From positions 1 to 36,213 of the IMG/VR virus record IMGVR_UViG_3300023214_000730: a stretch of DNA of 36,213 nucleotides, one strand, 5' to 3'. The position numbers were made by a program, and so were the translations under genes. Source of the DNA: a virus (lineage: Duplodnaviria; Caudoviricetes). Of the stretch, positions 1-8,854 are shown piece after piece. Numbering within the stretch: position 1 is the stretch's first letter; every line of letters starts with the position of its first letter. The notes beneath the pieces were generated by a model. That model was not told the origin of the DNA and did not search any database. It saw only the letters and a program-made list of their open reading frames with translations.

Positions 1-207
1 TTATTTTTTTGCTATTTTACTTTGGGCGTTTTTGTTGACCACACGGCCTGCAACATAAGTAATAATCATCGCAGCAACTCCAATTGCAGATGCTGGCGCT
101 ATGCTTAAACCAAACTCTGATGCTCCGGCTACAAGAATAGTGCCGATGATCGTTGCCCAAAATTCTGTGGTTTTAATACCTGGTTTTGTAATAGATGTGT
201 TTTCCAT
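1..207 (-). CDS. Putative holin (two TM segments)
   Basis: 68 aa, KPGIKTTEFW followed by two hydrophobic segments and a basic C-terminus; AAGGAG RBS; directly downstream of the endolysin. Confidence 0.7.
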   Translation of the reverse strand: MENTSITKPGIKTTEFWATIIGTILVAGASEFGLSIAPASAIGVAAMIITYVAGRVVNKNAQSKIAKK

Positions 208-232
208 AGCTCGTCTCCTTTAAATTAGAACA

Positions 233-757
233 TTAAGAGTAGGCACGATTAAGCCATCCTTTTAAAAATTTACGCTGCTTAGGATTACTGACAGCAAGAC
301 TACGGTAATAGCCAGCAGCTTCTGATTTAAGAGCAGCAATTAAATCTGAGATATCCACAGCGTTAATGGCAGCAATAGTTTTAGGCCCTAGCAAACCATC
401 CTCTACAACATTATTGCCAGCTGATCTTAGCGCCCGTTGAATTAAACGATGTGCCATGCGACTGCCCATATTTACAGCCAAATCAAACAACTTAATAATG
501 AGGGGTAAATTTTCAATCTCATGGTAACGCTGAGGCTCCCAGTAATCTTGGTAATAAATGGCTTTGGCTGCGTCTAAATTAAGTGTTGGTATATCTATAT
601 GCGGATAGCTTAGCTTGCTGATCCCAAACTTAGTTTCACCACCTCGATCATCTGGATCATCAACATATTCACCTTCATGATCTAAAATAACATTGATGGC
701 GCTTAAGAATTTTTCATCATAATTATTTGTCATTGTTGAGTCGTGCCTGTAGTTCAT
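233..757 (-). CDS. Endolysin, glycoside hydrolase family 108 with C-terminal peptidoglycan-binding domain
   Basis: HEGEYVDDPDDRGGETKFGIS, FDLAVNMG, DGLLGPKT and FLKGWLNR motifs; alternative start ATG at 733. Confidence 0.93.
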   Translation of the reverse strand: MNYRHDSTMTNNYDEKFLSAINVILDHEGEYVDDPDDRGGETKFGISKLSYPHIDIPTLNLDAAKAIYYQDYWEPQRYHEIENLPLIIKLFDLAVNMGSRMAHRLIQRALRSAGNNVVEDGLLGPKTIAAINAVDISDLIAALKSEAAGYYRSLAVSNPKQRKFLKGWLNRAYS

Positions 758-1001
758 TGATATCTTCTTGCAAGCTGATAATTCGTTCTTCCAAACGAAA
801 AACCATTTCGGACAGGTGGGTATTTTGTCTCACCCATTGCTCTTGCACCATAACGCGGGTATCAAGCTTTGCTGCCCACCAAATAGCGGTTAATGATTGC
901 AACAATATAGCTACAATTATCCCCATTGAAATCTTTCTGGAGATCTGCCAACCCTGATCTCTAGTATCAACATTAAGATAGTCTTTGCTGCGTTGCGTCA
1001 C
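723..1001 (-). CDS. Single-TM holin-like membrane protein with coiled-coil tail (resembles the WO holin-like gene)
   Basis: IIVAILLQSLTAIWWAAKLD TM segment then heptad-rich tail; between gpD and endolysin; GTG start with GAGG RBS. Confidence 0.6.
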   Translation of the reverse strand: MTQRSKDYLNVDTRDQGWQISRKISMGIIVAILLQSLTAIWWAAKLDTRVMVQEQWVRQNTHLSEMVFRLEERIISLQEDINELQARLNNDK

Positions 1002-1003
1002 TA

Positions 1004-1984
1004 TTAACCCTCTTTCTTCATTTTATGTTCAGCAGTTAGCCGAGTTGTAAACCCACTTGCTTCAATAGCATGTTCTGCACGGGTAACTGTCCAATCAAAT
1101 GGAATGGCAGCTCTAAACCCCTGCAACAGAATTTTACTCTCAGCAACCAATGCTGGATTACCTACAAGGGTTATATTCAAAGTTGCGGTGCTTTGTGTCA
1201 GCTTTTTAAGCTCACTTTCTGAGGCCCGCTCTGCAAGTTCTTTGGTTGGGAATGTTTCTCGCAGCCTATGAATAGGATCACCACTACCGGCTTTAGCTTC
1301 TATCACCTTGGCTTCATCAATATCATGATACTCAGCCACCACAGAGCCATGGTGATTACGCTCAGCAAAGGTTATGCGCCAATCTCTAGTATCTTTAGGA
1401 TTAATAGCAACGGTAGGTAGGATTTGTCCTGATGCAGATTTATTGCCTGCTTTTGGCACAAATAATAAAAAACCACCTGCAGGTTTAGCAATTGCACCAT
1501 GCAGATTGGCAAGCCGAGTAACAAAATGAATATCACTTTCAGCTGTTTGATCTAAATGGGGCAACATTAAACTTGCTAATTCCTCTGCAATGCGTGGTTG
1601 ATAGCCATTTTGGGACGCTATTTTACTAATGACATCACCAAGGGCTTGTGGTTCCCAGGTTTTGGTGTTTTGAGATTTGAATGCTTTATTTAAATCAGCT
1701 GCATGGCCTTTAATAGTTATTTTTTGTGGTGGTGATTCAATAAGAATTTCGTCAACAATGTAAACGCCTAAATGAGTTAATCCGGTTTCTTTGTAGCCAA
1801 TAGATAATTTAAGATGGGTTCCGGTATTTGGTAGTGGTAGTATGCCATCTCGATCATCCAAGGTGATTTCAACTGCATCGCTTTTAATGCCAGCCTCATC
1901 GGTAACACGTAGGGATACCAAATAAGACTGAATATTACGGGTAATTAACAGGCCATCAGCCCAAATAGCAAAATCTGGGGTCAT
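1004..1984 (-). CDS. Phage late control D / baseplate hub protein (P2 gpD-like)
   Basis: TDEAGIKSDAVEITLDDRDG, GYKETGL, QTAESDIHFVTRLA motifs; follows gpU and gpX. Confidence 0.9.
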   Translation of the reverse strand: MTPDFAIWADGLLITRNIQSYLVSLRVTDEAGIKSDAVEITLDDRDGILPLPNTGTHLKLSIGYKETGLTHLGVYIVDEILIESPPQKITIKGHAADLNKAFKSQNTKTWEPQALGDVISKIASQNGYQPRIAEELASLMLPHLDQTAESDIHFVTRLANLHGAIAKPAGGFLLFVPKAGNKSASGQILPTVAINPKDTRDWRITFAERNHHGSVVAEYHDIDEAKVIEAKAGSGDPIHRLRETFPTKELAERASESELKKLTQSTATLNITLVGNPALVAESKILLQGFRAAIPFDWTVTRAEHAIEASGFTTRLTAEHKMKKEG

Positions 1985-1987
1985 AGG

Positions 1988-2194
1988 CTAATCCCATAAT
2001 CGTATTGCTTGATCTACGTCATCAGGAGTTAGCTCTGGCAGTAAAATAACAGTACCTGCTGGCAAATAACTACCTAATTCTGCTAAGTTTTGATTCGCAG
2101 CATAAACTTCTTCAACAGCACCAGATTGCCTGCCATAATGTTTCCAGCAGATCCAATCGACCATATCATTTTCTGATGCAAAATAACGGATCAT
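1988..2194 (-). CDS. Tail protein X (P2 gpX, LysM-like)
   Basis: DMVDWICWKHYG...VYAANQNLA...LPAGTVILLP...IRLWD pattern. Confidence 0.92.
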   Translation of the reverse strand: MIRYFASENDMVDWICWKHYGRQSGAVEEVYAANQNLAELGSYLPAGTVILLPELTPDDVDQAIRLWD

Positions 2195-2574
2195 AAATCA
2201 TCTCCATATTCTGTTAGCTCTAGATGAAATTCAATTTTCCTTGCAGATCCGTTTTCAAAAAAATAACTTTGCTGCTCATCTATTTTTTCAATCACCCATT
2301 TGCCCCAAACGTAGCCTTGACCATCGACTAATAAATGTGGGGTAGATTGTTTGGCTGAATCACGCATGCGCGCCACTTGAGAAGAACCGCTGCTATTGTC
2401 AGGGTAAATGACTCCATCTAAGCTTATTTTGCCGCTATCAGCTCCTATGTGTTGTAGAGCAGGCATGGCACCAATACGCTCAACCGCAGGCCAGCGATAA
2501 CTACTTGAACGCCGCAAACTTTGATAGCTGCTTGTGCTAATAGCAAAGCGATAAGGTCCAAGAGCAAGCATCAT
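2191..2574 (-). CDS. Tail protein U (P2 gpU-like)
   Basis: MLALGPYRF, YRWP..ERIG..PALQ, LVDGQGYVWGKWVI motifs. Confidence 0.92.
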   Translation of the reverse strand: MMLALGPYRFAISTSSYQSLRRSSSYRWPAVERIGAMPALQHIGADSGKISLDGVIYPDNSSGSSQVARMRDSAKQSTPHLLVDGQGYVWGKWVIEKIDEQQSYFFENGSARKIEFHLELTEYGDDL

Positions 2575-4877
2575 GGTGTGGCTCCTATTGGATCATAAAG
2601 GGCGCCACGTGATTCTGCTTGAAAGCGCCTCACTACCTCATCAGCAATAGCCCTAGTATCTTGGCCTGGCAAAGTTTCAATTTTAATATTGAAATGATTA
2701 TTCTGTGTATTATTTGTTGGTTGTAAATTTCTAGCAGAAGCTAGAGGTTGGGATAGCGCTTCTTTTATTGGTTTGGCATCACCAACTTCAATTGTCGCAT
2801 TTTTATCTTTACCCCAAATCCAATCCCAGACTTTGCCAATGGCTTGCAGTGGTTTTTTAATCGTATCCCAGAATTTAGAGACAAATTCCATAAAGGATTC
2901 CCAGATAGGTTTAATGGGCTCCCACAGATTCATAAAGAAGCTTTTTACTGTATCCCATTTGCTGATCACAAGTCCTGCTGCAAGGGCTAAACCACCAACT
3001 ATTAAACCAATTGGATTGGTCATGAGTGCCACGGTTAGCGCTCTAAATCCTGTAATGACAACAGGAAATACTCGAGATGCCAAGCCCATAAGGGATACAC
3101 CAAATGTTTTGATAGCACCGCCTACAGCTAGAATTTTTAATCTGGCTGCTGTAATTAAAGCTGTCGCATTAAAGCCAACAAATCCAGTTTGCGCCATTGT
3201 TACCGCAGCAAGTAATCCTCGCCAAGCAGCAACTAAGGTTAATGCACCACCTTGAATAAAGGTCCAAGCGTAACCTAAGCCAATTGCTGCTATTTTTACA
3301 CCCATTAATCCAAATGCAAGTCCAACGACAACTTTTGATATCGTCGGGTAGGTTTGAGCGAATTCTGCCATGGATGTCGTCACACCACGAATAGCGCCAA
3401 CAATACTGTTTAGCGCTGGCAGCACCAGGTTACCTAAATTAATACCAACTTCAGATAATGAATTTTTAAGTAGCTGTAAATTATTAGCAGTAGTTGCAGC
3501 GCGATTAGCAAATTCTCTCTGCATAGAGCCTGCATATTTTTGCTCAGTTCCAACAGCAGTGATTGCTTTTTCATATTCTTTCAAACTACCAACCAAAAGC
3601 GCCAAATCATCTTGATATTCCATGCCGAATAAATCAAATAAAACACCAGAGCGTGCTTGCTTATCTAATTTTTCAACCGTCTTTAAAAAAGAAATGATAG
3701 CGCCTTGAGCATCAGTTTTAAGTTGTTCTTCGAAGACTTTAATGTCCAGCCCCAATGATTTAAATGCATCTTGGAATTTTTTACCTTGTTTGCCAGCGGT
3801 TTGTAATTTGCTGAGCATCGCATTAATCGCTGTTCCTGCTTTGGTTGGTGCTTTACCTAAGCTGATAAAAGCAGAAACTAATGCACTGGATTGCACTGCG
3901 GTTAATCCAAACTGCCTGGCAGTACCACCAATCATATTTAGAGCTGGCACCATATCACGGGCTTTAGCTGCGGTGTTATCTGATAAATGGTTAATCGCAT
4001 CACCCAATTTACTCATTTCGGTAATAGGGATTTGATACACATTGGCAAGTTTAGCCATGGCATTACCAGCTTCTTCTGCCGACATATCATAGGCTATTGC
4101 CATTTTAGAAACGGTATCAGTAAAGGCGCCAAGGTTTTCAGCTGCAACACCTAATTGACCACCGCTAGCTGCAATTTGCGCTAAACCAGCAGCAGATATG
4201 GGGATAGTGCGCGACATATTTTTTAATTCTTCGCCTAGTTTTTTCAAACCATCTGGGGTATCAAACTCAACGACCTTGCGTACATCGGCCATGGCGCTTT
4301 CAAAGTCAATAGCAGCCTTTAAAGGAGCTGCTAAAGTGGCTCCCAATGCCACTGCATCTAGCATTTGTCCACGAAGTGCAGCACGCCGAGCTAAAACACC
4401 ATCACGCTTTTTCATGATGCGATCAAGTGATTGATAGCGATGTTTTAATTTTTCAACTGAGCGGCCAAGGCGCAATTGTTGGCTGGATAAATTACGCATA
4501 TCCATGCCGCTCTTGTGCATTTGATTGCTGAGCTTGGATAAGCTATTACGGTTTTTAAGATAAGCAGTTTTTGCTTTAGCAGCACTTTGCTTGGATTTTT
4601 CAAAAGCTTTCTGCAATTCTTTACTAGGTTTTGTGGTAGCCTTTAAGGCAGCAGCTAATTGCTTGACTTCCGCCTCAGCTGCATTCCAGGCACGCTTGGC
4701 GCTCAAAGTGTCGCGTTTTAATTTATCCAAGCTCTGGATAGACTTACCTTGTGTTTCTAATTTTTTGATGGTGCTACCAAGCTTACCCAATTGTTTAGTG
4801 CTACTAGAAATAGCTGTCGTAAAACTATTTTTAAGAGCAGCGCCAATGACTACCGATAATTTATGATTTGCGCTCAT
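2571..4877 (-). CDS. Tail tape measure protein (TP901 family core)
   Basis: 768 aa, N-terminal coiled coil, AIDFESAMADVRKVV core, hydrophobic NPIGLIVGG region; follows the tail chaperone. Confidence 0.93.
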   Translation of the reverse strand: MSANHKLSVVIGAALKNSFTTAISSSTKQLGKLGSTIKKLETQGKSIQSLDKLKRDTLSAKRAWNAAEAEVKQLAAALKATTKPSKELQKAFEKSKQSAAKAKTAYLKNRNSLSKLSNQMHKSGMDMRNLSSQQLRLGRSVEKLKHRYQSLDRIMKKRDGVLARRAALRGQMLDAVALGATLAAPLKAAIDFESAMADVRKVVEFDTPDGLKKLGEELKNMSRTIPISAAGLAQIAASGGQLGVAAENLGAFTDTVSKMAIAYDMSAEEAGNAMAKLANVYQIPITEMSKLGDAINHLSDNTAAKARDMVPALNMIGGTARQFGLTAVQSSALVSAFISLGKAPTKAGTAINAMLSKLQTAGKQGKKFQDAFKSLGLDIKVFEEQLKTDAQGAIISFLKTVEKLDKQARSGVLFDLFGMEYQDDLALLVGSLKEYEKAITAVGTEQKYAGSMQREFANRAATTANNLQLLKNSLSEVGINLGNLVLPALNSIVGAIRGVTTSMAEFAQTYPTISKVVVGLAFGLMGVKIAAIGLGYAWTFIQGGALTLVAAWRGLLAAVTMAQTGFVGFNATALITAARLKILAVGGAIKTFGVSLMGLASRVFPVVITGFRALTVALMTNPIGLIVGGLALAAGLVISKWDTVKSFFMNLWEPIKPIWESFMEFVSKFWDTIKKPLQAIGKVWDWIWGKDKNATIEVGDAKPIKEALSQPLASARNLQPTNNTQNNHFNIKIETLPGQDTRAIADEVVRRFQAESRGALYDPIGATP

Positions 4878-5246
4878 GCTCTAATTCTTTTGCTGTTTTG
4901 TACCATTCGATTAACTCACCTAGCTCCATTGATAATAAGTTTTCTAATCCGCCACCAATTAAGCAGGCTAAAGACAGCACAGCACGCCTTAAGTCATTTA
5001 CACTGATGGCAACAAAAAACCCTGCAATACCTCTTGGACTTTGCCATAATCAGCTAAATCCAATTCTTCAATAGCGCTTTTGGGTAAATCAGCAAGATTA
5101 GAAATAAGTGCCACTTCTTTTTCAGCATCACTTTGCCCCATACGCTCAACGGCTAATCTATCTCGCACCTTAGGGCGTCTGATGTTTATTTCGGCAATTT
5201 CTTTGCCGTCAATTATTATTTTTTCTGTTAAAGTAATTGTATCCAT
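4861..5246 (-). CDS. Extended tail assembly chaperone (gpE+E' type) made by programmed -1 frameshift
   Basis: Slippery G GGT TTT TTG at 5022-5013; the -1 frame stays open for 51 codons (FVAISVNDLRRAVLSL...SMELGELIEWYKTAKELEHERKS) to TAA at 4863-4861. Confidence 0.8.
4998..5246 (-). CDS. Tail assembly chaperone (P2 gpE / Mu gp41-like)
   Basis: IRRPKVRD...EVALISNL...IEELDLADY; lies between tube and tape measure. Confidence 0.88.
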   Translation of the reverse strand: MDTITLTEKIIIDGKEIAEINIRRPKVRDRLAVERMGQSDAEKEVALISNLADLPKSAIEELDLADYGKVQEVLQGFLLPSV

Positions 5247-5247
5247 A

Positions 5248-5748
5248 TTAAACTCCTAAGGCTTGGCGCATAGATGAAAGTTGATCGACGCCATTAATCT
5301 TTCTAATCATATTTTCAGCGTCAATTTCAATTAATTCGCGTCGATCAATAGTTAGCTTGTAATAAAATATTGAGATCATACATTTGAGTGTGGCTTTATC
5401 TCCTGCTTTCCAGCTACCAGAATCTAGCTCTTTAATTTTACCGCGCAAGTTAACTACAACAGGCTGTGCATCACCTGTACCTTGCAAGCCACCACGCAAA
5501 GTAAAATTAACGGTACTGTTATCCATAATACCAAACAAACGAAACAGCTCTGGATCGTATTCTGAAAAGGTAATATCAGCTTCTAATTTCTCCATGCCTA
5601 AATCGATATCTATGGGCACATCCATGCCACCAGCACGATATTCTTCCATTTTTATTGTAAGTTTAGGCAGCGTAATTTCATCAACGCGGCCAGCATAACC
5701 ACGACCATCAACAAAGGCGCTGAAATTTTTCAAAATCTTTGGCAACAT
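5248..5748 (-). CDS. Major tail tube protein (P2 FII-like)
   Basis: LPKLTIKMEEYRAGGMD, GMEKLE, IEIDAENMIRKINGVD motifs. Confidence 0.95.
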   Translation of the reverse strand: MLPKILKNFSAFVDGRGYAGRVDEITLPKLTIKMEEYRAGGMDVPIDIDLGMEKLEADITFSEYDPELFRLFGIMDNSTVNFTLRGGLQGTGDAQPVVVNLRGKIKELDSGSWKAGDKATLKCMISIFYYKLTIDRRELIEIDAENMIRKINGVDQLSSMRQALGV

Positions 5749-6917
5749 TATAAAAGCTCCTTGATATAATCGTTAATCAAATGCGAGCGGAAACTAATGC
5801 GCTCAGCAGGATATGGTGGCGTAAAATCAAAATCGAAATAAACTTTACCTTGGGCAATATTAGCTGGCGTATTTAGATCCGGATCGGGATAGCACTCACC
5901 ACCTAAGACAGCTCCAATGGCTTTTAAATGCGCAAGATAAGCATTGACGCTTTCTTTGACATCATCCAAATAAGTGCGATTAATATTGCGATCAACGGCC
6001 CAGAGATGGGCTCTAAGCAAAGAATCATGGATTAAATCTGCGGTACGTCTAACTGATAAAAAAGCCCATTTCTGATCGCTAGAACAAGTGCGGTTGCCCC
6101 ATAGACGATAACCATCTTGGCGAATAATAGTTGCTACTTCATTTTCATTTAGAAAATTAGCGCGGGTATTAGAATCACCTAAAGCAAAGTCAACAGCTCT
6201 AACGGTTCCTACAATGCCACCTATAATTTGATTAGATGGCGACCACCAAAAACCTTGTTCATTATCAATTTTAGCAATCAATCCTGCCACATAAGAACTA
6301 GCAGGTATGGCTTTTTCAACATCATTATAGGATTTAACCCAAGGATCAACTACAAATACGCGGCTACTTCCCCAATCGGTACGCCAGGTAATAGCATCTT
6401 GATCGGTGGTATTAGGACCATCGGCTACAATCACTGCTCTTAAGCGCTCTGCAACTGAAACCATAGCAGTGACTACCGGATTAGCATTGCCTGCAGGTCG
6501 TTGATGGGTGAAATGTGGTGCAATTAAAACGCGAGGGGGTACATGAGTAATGCTTTCTGCACTTAAAAAAGCTTGTAAACCTAGATATTGGCCTGTATCA
6601 GCATCAACGCCGCCAATAATGTTGGTTGTTGTCTCATCGCTATCTACACCTTCTTCAACTCTCACAACAACAATTAGTGCGCCTATTTGATCAAAGATAG
6701 CATTAACAGCTTCAGGCAATGTACCAGTTAAACCTAGTTTTGCAGCTTCAGTACGATTGCCAATAATTAATGCTGGAGCATTAAGCGGGAATAATGAGAT
6801 ATCTGCATCAGGAGCTGTACCGACCACACCAATTACAGCTGATTTTGCAGTACGAATAGTGCGTGGCCCAGATGAGACTTCAATTACCTCAACGCCATGT
6901 AAAAATTGTTCAGCCAT
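5748..6917 (-). CDS. Contractile tail sheath protein (P2 FI-like)
   Basis: FLHGVEVIE, GFWWSPSN, GYRLWGNRT, DFTPPYPAERI motifs. Confidence 0.96.
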   Translation of the reverse strand: MAEQFLHGVEVIEVSSGPRTIRTAKSAVIGVVGTAPDADISLFPLNAPALIIGNRTEAAKLGLTGTLPEAVNAIFDQIGALIVVVRVEEGVDSDETTTNIIGGVDADTGQYLGLQAFLSAESITHVPPRVLIAPHFTHQRPAGNANPVVTAMVSVAERLRAVIVADGPNTTDQDAITWRTDWGSSRVFVVDPWVKSYNDVEKAIPASSYVAGLIAKIDNEQGFWWSPSNQIIGGIVGTVRAVDFALGDSNTRANFLNENEVATIIRQDGYRLWGNRTCSSDQKWAFLSVRRTADLIHDSLLRAHLWAVDRNINRTYLDDVKESVNAYLAHLKAIGAVLGGECYPDPDLNTPANIAQGKVYFDFDFTPPYPAERISFRSHLINDYIKELL

Positions 6918-7502
6918 TTATGTTGCTCCTATATTTAATGCAGATTCAATTGCAGTCTCTAAATTATTTAAATATTGTGAAACCTCATCTAATGTTGTGC
7001 ATTCTGTTAATTCTTGCTCTGTTTTATCTTCGCATTCTTCAAGCTTTGCTAGAGCACGTTTTGCTTCTCTAGCTTTTTGAATGATTAAAGTTGCCATTTC
7101 TATAACATCAATGTTGCGCAAATCAGCCAGTGGCTTTATGGCATCTACATCTTCTTGATCCAATGGGCTTCCTGCTTTATTAGCTTGTAAGATACTACGA
7201 GCTGCGGTTGCTTGGATGCGATAAGACTCACTTTTTTCAAAAGAGTAACCAGCATATTCTCTGCGATATTTATCTATGGTTTGGCTAATGGTTGTTTCAG
7301 CATTGACTTTGGCATTACCTACAAATTCTTGGCTTACATCATCTTCTGTGCGTTCCTGGATGTTATTGTCAGCATCCAAACAATAACATTTATGCCAATC
7401 AAATTCAGTTGGTGCTTTTAACCATTCCGTCCCAGCTGGCTTTCGACTTAAGATAGTAGTTTCAATTTGTTTGTTATCTTCAAAACGTATGTATATTGGC
7501 AT
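6918..7502 (-). CDS. Hypothetical protein, probable tail fibre assembly chaperone
   Basis: Intact 194 aa ORF with GAGG RBS between putative fibre and sheath; helical C-terminus; function inferred from position only. Confidence 0.5.
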   Translation of the reverse strand: MPIYIRFEDNKQIETTILSRKPAGTEWLKAPTEFDWHKCYCLDADNNIQERTEDDVSQEFVGNAKVNAETTISQTIDKYRREYAGYSFEKSESYRIQATAARSILQANKAGSPLDQEDVDAIKPLADLRNIDVIEMATLIIQKAREAKRALAKLEECEDKTEQELTECTTLDEVSQYLNNLETAIESALNIGAT

Positions 7503-7511
7503 AGCTTCCTC

Positions 7512-8669
7512 TTAATTCCATAATTGATAAGTGTATTGCAAGCCACGGCATTGCCAGGCACGCATGGTGCGATCGACATCAACTTCTAGACCATTAACCA
7601 AGAAGTTTGAACGGAAACTATAGATATACCAATGCATAAACTGGGTGTAATGATTATAACTACCAGTGTAATAGTATGATGAGGAATAAAGTAAAATAGC
7701 CACTGTTGTATTGGCTGGAACTGTTATATTTGCTGAGCCTGCAACATTTGATGTGCTGCTGGTATAGCTATAAATGTTTGACCAAGTGATCGCTGTAATC
7801 GAGGATGGATCATCATTGTTATTGTTTGGAGTTGCCACAAAAGCGCCTAAGCCTTCATAGCCTGAAGACCAATAAGATGATCCGCCGAAATAAAATGTGC
7901 TGGTGATATCCGCATTAGTTGTATTTTTCACAAACAAGGTTCCAACTAAAGCGTATGGGTAAGTATATTCATTGGATGATACGGAATAACGAGCATACAT
8001 TTCTTTAAAAATATACATTCCATTAATGCCTTGAATAAAACTAAGCTGAGGAGGTTTGTAAAAACTAGCATATTGAGTGCTATAGCCATGAGAACCAGTA
8101 AGGATCTGCATTGCATAATCAATATTAGTGGTATTGTTGTACCATTGGCCTAGCTCTGAAGTATAAGTTCCATAACCCCAATAATCATTGTAGCGATTAA
8201 TAACTCCAAACAAAAAAGGTAATGCACCCGATTTGATAATATTTTTCTTGGCAACTTCGGTTAAAATAGTTGAACCTTCTGGGACATCATTAACAGAAGA
8301 AAACCCTGCAACCAAATCCGTCATTACTTGTTGATGTGCAATGCCTGCAGTATCAATGTCAGTGATATTTAAATCTTTTTGGTCATTAAGTGTTACCACA
8401 TGACCATCTGTTGCAGATTGCAAACTACTTAAAGCATTAGTTTTGCTAGTGTCTAAATCAGCGAGATGCTGAGTTGCAGCATCGAGTAATTCCTGTAATT
8501 TTTCATCACTCATGCTAACGAGGTCGTACACCGTGCTTTGGCCAGCCATTGATTCTAATGCTTTAGATAAATAGGCTAGCTGATCGGGGCTGGCATCAAC
8601 CGACAAATCTTTTAGCCTTTGATGTAAGGCATTCACTGCTTCTTTTGCTATCGTCACGGCGTGCTCCAT
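7512..8669 (-). CDS. Putative tail fibre / receptor-binding protein
   Basis: Helical N-terminus (SPDQLAYLSKALES) and a Tyr/Ser/Asn/Thr-rich beta-type C-terminal half; in the tail-fibre position. Confidence 0.55.
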   Translation of the reverse strand: MEHAVTIAKEAVNALHQRLKDLSVDASPDQLAYLSKALESMAGQSTVYDLVSMSDEKLQELLDAATQHLADLDTSKTNALSSLQSATDGHVVTLNDQKDLNITDIDTAGIAHQQVMTDLVAGFSSVNDVPEGSTILTEVAKKNIIKSGALPFLFGVINRYNDYWGYGTYTSELGQWYNNTTNIDYAMQILTGSHGYSTQYASFYKPPQLSFIQGINGMYIFKEMYARYSVSSNEYTYPYALVGTLFVKNTTNADITSTFYFGGSSYWSSGYEGLGAFVATPNNNNDDPSSITAITWSNIYSYTSSTSNVAGSANITVPANTTVAILLYSSSYYYTGSYNHYTQFMHWYIYSFRSNFLVNGLEVDVDRTMRAWQCRGLQYTYQLWN

Positions 8670-8854
8670 AATTCAAGATATTGTTCAAGACGCAATCTCT
8701 CGAATTGCATCTTCAGTTGATTATGTTCCGATTCCTGAATTGATACGTCCGCATCAATTTTTACAATCGAATCCCGAATACGGCCTACATCTTCTACTGC
8801 AATATTGTCAGGATGTGGCAGTGGATATTGTCTCTGGCTTTGATCATTTGGCAT
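8654..8854 (-). CDS. Small tail protein resembling tail-fibre N-terminal segments
   Basis: RQYPLPHPDNIAVEDVGRIRDSIVKIDADV; start overlaps the upstream stop (TAATG). Confidence 0.6.
   Translation of the reverse strand: MPNDQSQRQYPLPHPDNIAVEDVGRIRDSIVKIDADVSIQESEHNQLKMQFERLRLEQYLELWSTP

Noticed and set aside
6930-6958. AGACT-N15-TTAAATATA before the sheath gene as an eighth promoter copy
   Set aside because: Mismatches in both boxes and it abuts the RBS, leaving no room for a leader
7512-8669. Diversity-generating retroelement target in the putative fibre
   Set aside because: No reverse transcriptase and no template/variable repeat pair seen in the window
8654-8669. Programmed frameshift fusing the 66 aa protein to the fibre
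   Set aside because: The overlap is in the -1 frame but has no slippery heptamer; ordinary translational coupling is enough
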